From a virus (lineage: Duplodnaviria > Caudoviricetes), in IMG/VR virus record IMGVR_UViG_3300012348_000071, positions 1 to 35,939 of that record: 35,939 nucleotides of DNA. The stretch is one strand, 5' to 3'. Positions within the stretch are counted from its first letter, which is position 1; the number at the start of each line of letters is the position of its first letter. The notes beneath the pieces were generated by a model. It was not told where the DNA came from and searched no databases. It saw only the letters and a program-made list of their open reading frames with translations. This document shows, piece by piece, positions 18,386 through 28,100 of this stretch. A program made the translations under genes and the position numbers.

Positions 18386-19549
18386 ATGGAAACAACGACA
18401 AGTCCTAACACCGATACTGGTGCGGTCGCAAGTCAAAGTGCAGTCCCAAGTTTGGATAGTATTGCCGCTAAAATGACCGCTATGCGTGAACACACAGAGC
18501 GTAATCTAATTAGACAGCAGTCCGAGCAAACTGCAACAGGAGAAGGAGAAGCGGCAGCAACTTCAACCTCTGTGGCACCCAGTAATGAGGAAGCCGAAGT
18601 TGATGATTCAACAACTGAAGAATATGCCAGCGACAGTCAAGAAGCAGTAGCCCCTGAAGAGGTAAGCACTGATAGTAATGATTCTAGTGCCAATGAGTTA
18701 ATTGATTTTATTGAGTTTGCTGAAACAAACCCAAATGCCAAATTCAAGTTTATGAAGAATGGTAAAGAAGTTATCATTGATGCCAAGAAAGCCGCAAGTA
18801 TTTTAGGTCAAGGATCAGCAATACACGAAGAAGCAAGACAGTTGAAAGTGGAACGAGCCGAATTTGACGAATATGTCAATGAAGCAAAACAACGCCAAGA
18901 TCAACTTACTCTAGCAATGGAATTTACAGTTCAACCTAAGTTGAAAAAAGTCTATGATGAAATTGTTAAAACACAACAGTATCAAAACACTTTTCAACAG
19001 CAGTTGGCGCAAACAACGGATCCAGTTGCGATAGCAAGGATTCAAGCGAACATGGCACAGAATGAACAGTATATAAGACAGCAACAACAGCAGATTAATA
19101 GTTTGCAGCCTGCCTTAGAACAGTTCAAACAGATACGCAAAGAACAAGTAGGAGAGGCTTTAACACAGGCTCGTAAGAATTTCCAAGATAAGGAATTACG
19201 CAACGAGTATGTATACAACGAACTTCGTGAGAAGATTGAAAAAGTTTATCCTGGTTCAAAGCGTGAATTAGTGCCTGGAATTCCAAACATTGACTTGATC
19301 GCCAGCGATGAAGCATTGTTAAGTTTAGTCCGTGATGGATTGCGTTATCGCGATAAGCCACAGACAAAAACAGCAGGAGCAAGTATGGCTCAGTTGACAC
19401 AGCGAAAAGGTTCAACTAACACAACAAAGTCTAATGATGACAACATCAGCAAACTTCGTGAACAAGCCAATAAAGGCGACCGCAAGGCCGCTGACAACCT
19501 CTTAGTAGCCCAGTTGCAAAGATTGCGATCAGGCAGAGGTAGTAGATAA
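18386..19549 (+). CDS. Capsid scaffolding protein
   Basis: Acidic disordered N-terminus, long Gln/Glu coiled coil, basic C-terminal helix; immediately upstream of the capsid gene. Confidence 0.8.
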   Translation: METTTSPNTDTGAVASQSAVPSLDSIAAKMTAMREHTERNLIRQQSEQTATGEGEAAATSTSVAPSNEEAEVDDSTTEEYASDSQEAVAPEEVSTDSNDSSANELIDFIEFAETNPNAKFKFMKNGKEVIIDAKKAASILGQGSAIHEEARQLKVERAEFDEYVNEAKQRQDQLTLAMEFTVQPKLKKVYDEIVKTQQYQNTFQQQLAQTTDPVAIARIQANMAQNEQYIRQQQQQINSLQPALEQFKQIRKEQVGEALTQARKNFQDKELRNEYVYNELREKIEKVYPGSKRELVPGIPNIDLIASDEALLSLVRDGLRYRDKPQTKTAGASMAQLTQRKGSTNTTKSNDDNISKLREQANKGDRKAADNLLVAQLQRLRSGRGSR

Positions 19550-19565
19550 TTTAAAGGAGCCTAAA

Positions 19566-21005
19566 ATGGCAGAAATTACAACAAGTCAAATTGGTAACGG
19601 CACAACTGCATACGGCAGTGACATCGTTGTCAAGGATTTGGACCTAGATGTGTCCAATCGCGTTAAGGATGATACCCCTGTTTTAAACATGGCTATGTCT
19701 AAAAAGCGTAAAGTTAACAGCACTTTACCATTGTGGGCTGACGATATCTATCGCACACCTGCAGTTCAAGCACAAGTTGAAGGTGCCGCTGTTTCTACAG
19801 CAAATGCAGAATCTAACAGTCGTTACAACTTAGGTAACTACACACAGATTTTCTCTACAACTATTGCTAGTTCTGGAACTGCTCGCGCAGTTATGCAAGC
19901 CGGTGGTGATCCACAAGCGTTAACTTTTAAAAGCGCCCTTACAGCGTAAGCTGTATTGAATAACTCTGTGAAAACGGTGAAACTCTTAGCAAGTAAAGTT
20001 GAAGACAATACCGTGCCAAGCCCAAGCAATTGGGAAGGTGTAACGACTAGAGCGTAAGCTCGTAGGGTCAAGTGACCCGAAGTGCAGAGAATCCTTAGGG
20101 ATTGTGAGATAGTCTAATCTATATGGAAACATATAGCAGCCGTAACAGGCGGTAATAGAATTAACGAATCTATTGCGAATATAAATGATCAAGAAGTTAA
20201 ACAACTAATCGAATTGATGTTCGACGTTGAATTACAATTAGTTCGCGCAGACCAAATCGGCACAAAGTATGCTGGTCAAACAGGCACAGCTTCTGGCTTG
20301 CCAGCAGGTCAAACTGGTCGTCGTATGGGTTCATTGGCTTCATTCGCAGGCACAATCTCCATTAACGCAGCCGCTGGTTCTGGTTCATTGAGTGGTGTTG
20401 ATACTTTCATCAACAACGAAGACACTGACGTTGCAGTTCAAGCAAGTAACGCTTTCCGCGTTTACGCAAATGGTAGTTCATTCTTGGGTGGTTCTTTTAC
20501 TAACCAATTGTTCAGTCCAGCATTATACAAGCAATTGGTAACAGTTGCTGAACAACGCTACAATGCGAAGATTCGCACTATTGTTGCTCCAACAAGCCTA
20601 CGCACAAGTCTTTCTGACAACATGCCTCAGAGTCGTGGTATCAACCGTGTTGATTCTGCTCGTGGTGATACAATTCAAACTTATGAAGGTGACTTCAACT
20701 ACACATACGAAATTTTTGATTCTTGGATTATGGACAGCGTTAACCCTAACGCTATCTACTTCTTGAACGAAGATGTAGTTCAGTGGGGTAGTTTGCGTGA
20801 CCTAGGTCCTAACAACGAAGTATTCTCAAATGCTGACGCTAGTTTAGACCAGTTCATCATGGAGGGGACATTGATTGTTCGTAACCCAGCTGGTGTTGGT
20901 CTATTGAACAACATTGAAGCAGGCACAAGTTCAAGCCTACCAAGTGCTCGTGCAGCCGCTTATGTAAGCCGCACAAACATTGGCCCAGGCGATGTTACAC
21001 CTTAA
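19566..21005 (+). CDS. Major capsid protein (DUF5309/SU10-like), spliced: join(19566..19920,20188..21005), 390 aa
   Basis: Exon 1 has DTPVLNM and LGNYTQIFSTT. Splicing restores GDPQA-Y-QEVKQLIELMFDVE, matching the family's AYQ..K...EL..D.E helix. Exon 2 ends with FIMEGTLIVRNPAG. AAGGAG RBS. Confidence 0.92.
19921..20187 (+). ncRNA. Group I self-splicing intron, 267 nt, no internal ORF (IA2-like)
   Basis: P1 with a U19920-G19933 wobble (GCGU/GCGC); P2 19940-19955; P3 CTCTGT 19964-69 / GCAGAG 20084-89; P7 GACTA 20045-49 / TAGTC 20110-14; two hairpins between P7 and P3' (20050-61, 20065-78); P8 20090-103; P9 20119-36; terminal G20187. Confidence 0.93.
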
Positions 21006-21030
21006 TTCTTAATAGATTTAAGTTAACCAC

Positions 21031-21056
21031 AAAAGGCTACTTCGGTAGCCTTTTTT
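21031..21056 (+). terminator. Rho-independent terminator after the capsid gene
   Basis: AAAAGGCTAC-TTCG-GTAGCC-TTTTTT (cUUCGg tetraloop). Confidence 0.93.
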
Positions 21057-21069
21057 ACTGACTTTAGAA

Positions 21070-21079
21070 ACGCTAAATA
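21070..21079 (+). promoter_or_regulatory. Putative late promoter ACGCTAAATA (leaderless transcript)
   Basis: Sits directly downstream of a strong terminator, where a new promoter is needed; 5 nt before the ATG at 21085 with no Shine-Dalgarno sequence. Confidence 0.72.
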
Positions 21080-21084
21080 ATACT

Positions 21085-21666
21085 ATGAGCAACAATCAAC
21101 CCGAATACCTGGACAACTCTGATCCAGAGAAAGACTTAAACTATTACCGTCAAGATAATGGCGGTATGATTACTAGCCACAACGGCGTAGCAGACAAGTT
21201 ATTACAAAATGATGATTTATATCGCAGTATGAAAGGCGATTGGACACGCACTAATACTAACAAAAGCGGTAACATCATTGTAACAACTGGTCGTGAAGAT
21301 GGTAAGTTTTACATCAAGCGTGAACAACAAAACACAGAAGCAATTAAACAAGCAGTTAGAAACTACAGAGCAGCCGCTGAAGCAGGTGTTCCTGATCCCT
21401 TAGCACCAATTGGCGAAGATGGTAAACTAACATTCAAATGGATGGACTTACCTCAGGTCATTGCTATTCGCATCAGTGATCAATACTTTGATGGTATTCC
21501 TTGGAATGCGTTAAAGAATGATAGAACACTTAAAGCGCAGTTTTATCGTGTAGTTGAAACAGAGTATCCGGAATATGTTTGCTATCCAGGTGGCAAACTA
21601 CCAATACCAGTTGCAGTTCCTTACCCAACTAAAAAGGGTGAGAAAAAATATTTTAGAGGACATTAA
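21085..21666 (+). CDS. Hypothetical protein downstream of the capsid gene
   Basis: 193-aa ORF in the head-tail module. Confidence 0.8.
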   Translation: MSNNQPEYLDNSDPEKDLNYYRQDNGGMITSHNGVADKLLQNDDLYRSMKGDWTRTNTNKSGNIIVTTGREDGKFYIKREQQNTEAIKQAVRNYRAAAEAGVPDPLAPIGEDGKLTFKWMDLPQVIAIRISDQYFDGIPWNALKNDRTLKAQFYRVVETEYPEYVCYPGGKLPIPVAVPYPTKKGEKKYFRGH

Positions 21667-21668
21667 TA

Positions 21669-22871
21669 ATGTATACCGTTCCCACAGCCGATGCGCTTGT
21701 AGACTACATCAAAGACTTTACAGGCAGCACTAACACAGCAGAAATTAAACAATGTATTTTCTTGGGCGAATTGTCCATGCGTAACATTGAGTTGCCAGCA
21801 TTGCGTAGCGATCCCTATGATCCACAATACATTGGTGTTGTTGACAGTGAAGGCGGAATTCCTATTCCCGGTGATATGAACAAGCCAATCTTGTTTTTCA
21901 AACAGGGTATACAATACATTACCAGTGTAGCCGCAACAGGCACAAGTGGACAACTAACAATTACATTAACAGAAGCAACATCAAGACCATTAAGTTCTGG
22001 CTTTTTAGTCAGCGGCACTGGTATCGCAGTAGGTGCTACTGTAGTCAGTGTAAACGGATTAGTAGTAACACTTAGTTTAGCTAACACAGGCACAGTCAGT
22101 GGAGATGTAGTATTTCAAAGTCCTCCAGGTGATGGCGCAAGCAGCCAAACAGGTCCTTGGATTGTCTATGACCGTATTGGTGACAGAGATATTATTACAC
22201 AGGGCATGATTGCTCAACTTTACTTACAACCAGTTAATGTGCCCGCAGTTATTCGCGGTAAGTTCAGTGAAGTAGCACAGAAGTATAAGTTTTTACCCTA
22301 TGCCGCTGAAGGTGATTTGGTTAACATGTATTACTATAAAGCATGGCCAATCTTGTTTAGTCCAGTAGCAGATATTTTGGTCAGTGCCACAGGCACAGTT
22401 GATAGTGTAGCAGGTGCGAGTAGTCCTTGGACTGTGGTTATTACTAACTTAGTTGATACAGCAGGTCTTGTTTCAGGTGATAGACTAACAGCCACAGATG
22501 GCACAGGCACAATTAGCAATGGCGGTGTTATTACTGTAGACAGCGTAGATAGTTCAACACAGATAACTGTAACTGTTACCGGCGGAACTATTCCAACAAC
22601 TGGCACAATTACAGACATCAAACTAACTGACTTAAACACACAAACAAATCCAGTATTACAAACTTGGCCTGAAGGTTACATTTACTCAACTTTGCGTGAA
22701 TACTACATCAAGCGTCACAATGAAGCAGATGCTGCCACTTATGAAGCCAAGTTCCAAAGTGCTTGGGCGGCTGTAACAGATCAAAACAATTTAGGTAAAT
22801 GGAGCGGTGGACACACTCGTTTAACATCAGTATGGCAACCACGACAGTATCGCCAATATAACATTAAGTAA
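21669..22871 (+). CDS. Head-tail adaptor (P22 gp4 / tail tubular A-like) with two inserted beta domains
   Basis: Helical N-terminus (LVDYIKDF...IKQCIFLGE) and C-terminal TNPVLQTWPEGYIYSTL...YEAKF typical of adaptors, interrupted by Thr/Gly/Val-rich inserts. Confidence 0.7.
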   Translation: MYTVPTADALVDYIKDFTGSTNTAEIKQCIFLGELSMRNIELPALRSDPYDPQYIGVVDSEGGIPIPGDMNKPILFFKQGIQYITSVAATGTSGQLTITLTEATSRPLSSGFLVSGTGIAVGATVVSVNGLVVTLSLANTGTVSGDVVFQSPPGDGASSQTGPWIVYDRIGDRDIITQGMIAQLYLQPVNVPAVIRGKFSEVAQKYKFLPYAAEGDLVNMYYYKAWPILFSPVADILVSATGTVDSVAGASSPWTVVITNLVDTAGLVSGDRLTATDGTGTISNGGVITVDSVDSSTQITVTVTGGTIPTTGTITDIKLTDLNTQTNPVLQTWPEGYIYSTLREYYIKRHNEADAATYEAKFQSAWAAVTDQNNLGKWSGGHTRLTSVWQPRQYRQYNIK

Positions 22872-22882
22872 GGACCACAACG

Positions 22883-24973
22883 ATGCCAAGTTTATATGAA
22901 TCAACGGTTAATACAGGGGAAGTAAGTTCAAGTAACTTTACCACTCTGTATAACGCAAGTGGATTGGCTGTGCCTAATGCAGGCGCAGGCAGCGTTACAG
23001 GTAACTTGAATGTAGGCGGTAACTTAACTGTTCAAGGCAGTAGTTTGCTCATAGGTGAAGTCACACTACAAAGCACACTAAGTTTACCCAACTATACATT
23101 TCCATTACCAGATGGTAGCACATTCCAAGTTTTAGTCACAGACGGTAACGGTAACTTGTATTGGGATGATGTCAGTGCTATTCCAGGTGCTGACTATAGT
23201 ATCTCAGCAACAACTGCCACAGGTGGTGCCAACTTAACATTAGCTAATACAGCAGGCTTTACTGATTCAGTTAAGTTTGCTTCAGGAACAAATATTACAG
23301 TTAGCAGAACAGATGCTAACACAATTACAATCAGCACTACAGCAGATGACATTCCCAATGGCACAGCCAAGGGTCAAGTATTATATTGGAATGGTAGTGC
23401 TTGGACTGCTAACAATGTTATATCCAGTGCTGCCAGTGCTGATCGTTTTACATTAGTCTATGAAAACAGTTCCCCAGGAACTAACAGCGCACTATTCTTG
23501 CGTAAAGACTATGGTGCTACAAACTACAGCGAAGCAAGCAATGATGGTGTTGGACTTAATTATAGTGTAACCAGCAACAGTCAAGGTCTAAGCAGTTATG
23601 GTATTGTTAATTTTGAATATAGTGCCACTGATCCTCAGTTTATTGTTAGTAGTTCTACTAATAACTTTACAACAGCAGGCACAGTATTATCATTAATAGA
23701 TAAGACTACTGCAAGTTTTTATGCTCCTGATATTACTTTAAATAGAAGTCAAAGTGGTAGTCCAACATTAAATGCTACAATCACAGCCAATCGTGGTAGT
23801 TCAACAGATGCCACATTAACTTGGAATGAAAGCACAGATACTTGGGACTTTACTAACAGCGTAGTTATTGCCAGCGACTTAGCAGTTAATGGTGGTGATA
23901 TTACCACTGTGCCAGGCGGTATTGCCAACTTATACAACAACAACGCAGTTGATACAATTAACATTGGTAACGGTGTAGTCACAGAAGTTAACATTGGTAA
24001 TCAATTTAGTGGTAGAACACAAATCAAATCTGGAACTATTGTAGGTGCTAATACAACTCAAAATGTATTTGACACAGTAGCAACAACTGTAAATGCGTTT
24101 GGAGCAGCCACAGCAGTTAATATTGGTGCAAGCACTGGTGTAACTACTATTGAACATGATTTAACTGTCAATGGTGGCAACATTAACTTAAATGGACAAG
24201 CCGTTGCCGCAACACAACCATTCTTAACATTTCAGACTCAAACATCTGGAACTAATCCTCAATATGGTATTAGAGGACAAAGTGGTGTAGATGATCCTTG
24301 GTTTGTTGGCGCAGGATCAACAGGTGCTGATCAAGGTTATTTAGAAATTGCCACAGGTGATAACAGTGGTGGCAGTAACAGTGGTGGCCAAATCTATGTT
24401 CGTCAATACAATGGCTCAGGCGGCGGTGGTGTGCCATGGTATGGTGGCACTGGCACAGTAGTTAATGAATTTACACTATTAGACAATTTAGGCAACACAA
24501 GTATTCCAAATAACTTAACAGTTGACAGTGGCACATTGTTTGTTGATGCTACAAACAACAGAGTTGGTGTTAATACTATAACACCAACCAATGCGCTAAG
24601 TGTAGTTGGTAATGCTGATTTCAGTGGCGATGTAACTGCCAGCCAATTTACTGTAGATACTGCGGCAACAATTAATACACAGACTACCACAACTACTACA
24701 ACCAGTGCTACATCTATTAGTAGCACTACAAGAACTACACAAAAAGTTATTATATCAATTACAGATAATGTCAGCAGTGAAATGCATGTGCTTGAAGCAT
24801 TGGCCTTTATGAAAGGCACTTCGGCATATCTAACAACCTACGCTGAAATGTATTCAAGTGCCGCATTAGCGACATTTACCACAGATGTCAGTGGAGGTGC
24901 AATACGCATCTTAGCTACACCTGCAAGCACTAACAGCACTACATTTACAGTTGCTCGTATTAGTGTAGATTAA
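22883..24973 (+). CDS. Tail fibre / structural protein 1 (696 aa)
   Basis: Thr/Ser/Gly/Asn-rich; GQVLYWNGSAW, RGSSTDATLTWNESTDTW and GTLFVDATNNRVGVN fibre motifs. Confidence 0.8.
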   Translation: MPSLYESTVNTGEVSSSNFTTLYNASGLAVPNAGAGSVTGNLNVGGNLTVQGSSLLIGEVTLQSTLSLPNYTFPLPDGSTFQVLVTDGNGNLYWDDVSAIPGADYSISATTATGGANLTLANTAGFTDSVKFASGTNITVSRTDANTITISTTADDIPNGTAKGQVLYWNGSAWTANNVISSAASADRFTLVYENSSPGTNSALFLRKDYGATNYSEASNDGVGLNYSVTSNSQGLSSYGIVNFEYSATDPQFIVSSSTNNFTTAGTVLSLIDKTTASFYAPDITLNRSQSGSPTLNATITANRGSSTDATLTWNESTDTWDFTNSVVIASDLAVNGGDITTVPGGIANLYNNNAVDTINIGNGVVTEVNIGNQFSGRTQIKSGTIVGANTTQNVFDTVATTVNAFGAATAVNIGASTGVTTIEHDLTVNGGNINLNGQAVAATQPFLTFQTQTSGTNPQYGIRGQSGVDDPWFVGAGSTGADQGYLEIATGDNSGGSNSGGQIYVRQYNGSGGGGVPWYGGTGTVVNEFTLLDNLGNTSIPNNLTVDSGTLFVDATNNRVGVNTITPTNALSVVGNADFSGDVTASQFTVDTAATINTQTTTTTTTSATSISSTTRTTQKVIISITDNVSSEMHVLEALAFMKGTSAYLTTYAEMYSSAALATFTTDVSGGAIRILATPASTNSTTFTVARISVD

Positions 24974-24993
24974 ACATAAGGATTGTGTGAATT

Positions 24994-27798
24994 ATGTCAA
25001 ACGAAAAATTCAAAGTTAAATTTGGTCTCGCAGTAGGCGATACCGTAGCAACCGTAGATGGCACAACAGGTGATATTATCACTGCTGGCACTTTAGATGT
25101 TCAAGGCGGCAGTATTACAGATTCAACTGGTGCTCTTACTATTTCAACTGGAGCCGCAGATGGTGCCATTACATTAGATCCAAATGGCACTGGCGATGTT
25201 GTGTTAACATTTGCCAATGGCGGTAATTTAACAAATAGCAGAAACTATGTATATGGTGCTATTCGTAATGCTACAACAGAGTCAAATGGTGATGAATGGA
25301 GTTTTAGTTCTGGTGCAGGCTCAGCATATCGCGGTGTTACATTAGATAACAGCATAGACACAACTAAGCGAGTGGGTGTTATACTACGCAGTTATGGCGT
25401 AAGTGGTGGTGCTCCTAGATCAGGTATTATCAGTGAAATAGCCAGAGGAACAGCAGCCAGTCCAAGTAATATTAATTCCAGTGATAGATTATTAGAACTA
25501 TTTGGCAGCGGTTATGTTGGTGCAGGTGGCACCAGTGCCGTCAGTGGGTGGGCATCAGACAATGTGGTTAATGTGCCTGCGGCTCTTAGATTTGTAGCCA
25601 ATGAAACTTGGAATGATGGCTTGAATAAAGTTGGCACAAGATTTCAAGTTATTCAACAACCATCAAGCACCGCTTTTACTACAACTTCAACATTATTAAC
25701 ATTTAATCACGCACCCGAAGACACAACTATTAGAAGTGATAGTTTTACTTTGTCTAATAAAGCAGGCAGTGATATGCTTACTGTAAATAGCAGCGGTGAT
25801 GTTGTCTTAACTGGTGATCTACAAATCAATGGCAATAACATTTTAAGCAGTGGTGCTACTAATGCACTAACACTACAACCAATTACTGGTTTTAATTCTA
25901 ATACTTACTTAGATGGTAATTTGGTTAAAGGTATCATTCGTGATGCTACTACTGAAGCGGCTGGTGATGTTTGGAGTTTCTCAAGTGGAACAAGCAGTAA
26001 CACTAGAGGTATCAGCGTAGATAACAGTGTAGTTCCGAGTAAGCGTCCTGGTTATATTACTCGTGCTTATAGTAGTGGTAGTGGTGTTGCGGCTCGTGCT
26101 ATGTTTGTTACTGAAGTTGCTCGTGGTAATCCAAGTGGTGGTTTATCAGCAGTTCAAAATACAGACCGTTTCTGTGAAATTACAGCACAAGGCTACAACG
26201 GCACAGCATGGACCAGTGATGTAGTTGTAAACAATCCATTTACTATTCGTGGACAAGCTACAGAAGCTTGGAGCGAAAGTCCTCGTCGTGCTGGCAGTAA
26301 GTTTTTAGTTATTGCACAACCAAGTGGTGTTGATTATACAACTAGTAGCACTAGCACTATCATTGACCACAATCCATTAACTGCAACTTATATTGCTGAT
26401 GCTTGGACATTCAAAACTAGAACCACTGCCAGCGGTGGAACAAACACAACACAGTTAACATTGGACAGCAGTGGTAATGCAGTTCTAACTGGTGATTTAA
26501 CTGTCACTGGTAATGAAATTAAATCTAGCAGTGCTAATACTGTATTAGAATTTAACGATGTTGATGCTAGAGTAGCAGGTGAACTTACAATAACCGGTAA
26601 TAAGATTCGCAGTAGTAATGGTGCGTTTCCTGGAGGTGATATTGCTGTTCAATTAACTGGTAATGATGTAGAAGTTGTTGGCGACTTAACTGTTACAGGC
26701 AATGAAATTAAATCCAGCACAGCAAACACAGTTTTGCAGTTTGATGATGTTAATGCTAGAGTAGTAGGTGAACTTACTGTCGCAGGTAATAAGATTCGCA
26801 GTGGTTCTGGTAGTTTCCCTGGAGGTGATATTGCTCTTGAATTCGCCGGCAATGATGTAACCAGTCCTGGTAATATTCAAGGTGCCACACTTTTAACAGT
26901 GGGTCCATTTGATACAAGTCAAACTATTACTGCTAACGCATTCTTGTTAGATACTAATACTGCGGCCGGTGCTACATTAGGTGTTAATGTAAAATACAAG
27001 CCAAGTTCAGGAAGTTCAACTTTTTCAATTCCACAATCTGGTTGGAGAATTGGTGGTTATAAATTTAATGGTGATGACAGCACCACAGGAACTGCCAGCG
27101 TTTTAGCAGGTCAATTGTCAGTTGTTGCCACCGAAAATTGGGTTAATGGAACAGCCAACGGAACTGCTATTCAACTATTAGCCAACAAAAATGGTCAACC
27201 ATGGCTTACTGGACATGGTCCTGTGGCAAGTTTTAATCCAAATAGTAGTTATATTAAGAGTGATCTTTTTTCATTCTTAGATAGTAGTAATGTAAATTTA
27301 ATTGGCAACAACATCAACTACAACCGTGTCTATGGACAATGGCAGTATGATAATACAATAACACCAGTGGCAAGTAATACTGCTTATGCGTTTCCAATTG
27401 CGTCAGGTGTTGTAGATTTTGCTAACATTGCCACTGTTGGTTCAACAAGCAGAATCATTCCAGGTGCGGCTGGTATGTATAAACTACAGTTCAGTGTTCA
27501 AGTTAGCAATGATGACAACGCAGCCGAGCACACTGCTTACTTCTGGTGGCGTAAGAACGGCACAGATGTGCCAGGAAGTATGGGACAAGTTGGTGTTGTT
27601 AAAGCCACAGGTGCTAACCCAGGTTTAACTATTGCAGGCTGGGACAATATGATCAGCAGTGCCAATACCACAGATTACTGGGAGTTGATGTATGCTGTCA
27701 GCAACTCGACGCACTTATCATTCCCAGCATTTGGCACAACAGCATTTGGTCCAAGCACAGCCAGTTTGTTTATTACATTAGTCCCCGTAGGAGCATAA
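24994..27798 (+). CDS. Tail fibre / structural protein 2 (934 aa) with internal duplications
   Basis: GDLTVTGN repeats; C-terminal AGMYKLQFSVQ...WWRKNGTDVPGS head domain. Confidence 0.8.
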   Translation: MSNEKFKVKFGLAVGDTVATVDGTTGDIITAGTLDVQGGSITDSTGALTISTGAADGAITLDPNGTGDVVLTFANGGNLTNSRNYVYGAIRNATTESNGDEWSFSSGAGSAYRGVTLDNSIDTTKRVGVILRSYGVSGGAPRSGIISEIARGTAASPSNINSSDRLLELFGSGYVGAGGTSAVSGWASDNVVNVPAALRFVANETWNDGLNKVGTRFQVIQQPSSTAFTTTSTLLTFNHAPEDTTIRSDSFTLSNKAGSDMLTVNSSGDVVLTGDLQINGNNILSSGATNALTLQPITGFNSNTYLDGNLVKGIIRDATTEAAGDVWSFSSGTSSNTRGISVDNSVVPSKRPGYITRAYSSGSGVAARAMFVTEVARGNPSGGLSAVQNTDRFCEITAQGYNGTAWTSDVVVNNPFTIRGQATEAWSESPRRAGSKFLVIAQPSGVDYTTSSTSTIIDHNPLTATYIADAWTFKTRTTASGGTNTTQLTLDSSGNAVLTGDLTVTGNEIKSSSANTVLEFNDVDARVAGELTITGNKIRSSNGAFPGGDIAVQLTGNDVEVVGDLTVTGNEIKSSTANTVLQFDDVNARVVGELTVAGNKIRSGSGSFPGGDIALEFAGNDVTSPGNIQGATLLTVGPFDTSQTITANAFLLDTNTAAGATLGVNVKYKPSSGSSTFSIPQSGWRIGGYKFNGDDSTTGTASVLAGQLSVVATENWVNGTANGTAIQLLANKNGQPWLTGHGPVASFNPNSSYIKSDLFSFLDSSNVNLIGNNINYNRVYGQWQYDNTITPVASNTAYAFPIASGVVDFANIATVGSTSRIIPGAAGMYKLQFSVQVSNDDNAAEHTAYFWWRKNGTDVPGSMGQVGVVKATGANPGLTIAGWDNMISSANTTDYWELMYAVSNSTHLSFPAFGTTAFGPSTASLFITLVPVGA
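26491..26859 (+). repeat. Coding tandem duplication, 2 x 189 nt (63 aa)
   Basis: GDLTVTGNEIKSS(S/T)ANTVL...FPGGDIA...GNDV units begin at 26491 and 26680. Confidence 0.9.
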
Positions 27799-27799
27799 A

Positions 27800-28072
27800 G
27801 TGAGCCGAGAAGAAGTTGATTTAGCCACGCACGTAGAGATATGTGCGATTAGATATCAAGGTATCCAGGAGAAAATTGATGGCATTGAACAAAGACTTGA
27901 CAAGGTGGAGACTACTGTCACTGCTCTTAAAAGCGAAATGCAAGCAGGATTTAATGACATCAAAATTCTGCTTGAACAACAAAACAACGCTAGGTTCGTT
28001 CAACTTATCACCACCCTGGGAACAGTAGCAGTTGCTATTATTGCCGCAGGTGCCGCTTGGGTTAATCGTTAA
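27800..28072 (+). CDS. Coiled-coil protein with C-terminal transmembrane helix (holin/XhlA-like candidate)
   Basis: GTG start after AGGAG; HVEICAIRY...IEQRLDKVE coiled coil, then hydrophobic LITTLGTVAVAIIAAGAAWV. Confidence 0.6.
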   Translation: MSREEVDLATHVEICAIRYQGIQEKIDGIEQRLDKVETTVTALKSEMQAGFNDIKILLEQQNNARFVQLITTLGTVAVAIIAAGAAWVNR

Positions 28073-28100
28073 AAATACCAACAGGACATAGCCATTAAAT

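Noticed and set aside
19838-20204. Minus-strand ORFs over the intron as a homing endonuclease
   Set aside because: They are only 72-77 aa, antisense, and have no LAGLIDADG, GIY-YIG or HNH motif.
19566-21005. Capsid gene as two separate genes, a pseudogene, or a readthrough/frameshift product
   Set aside because: The gap has several in-frame stops and a full group I intron fold, and precise excision restores a conserved helix.
25249-26859. Fibre duplications as a diversity-generating retroelement TR/VR pair
   Set aside because: No reverse transcriptase is present, both copies are in frame within one gene, and the differences are not adenine-specific.
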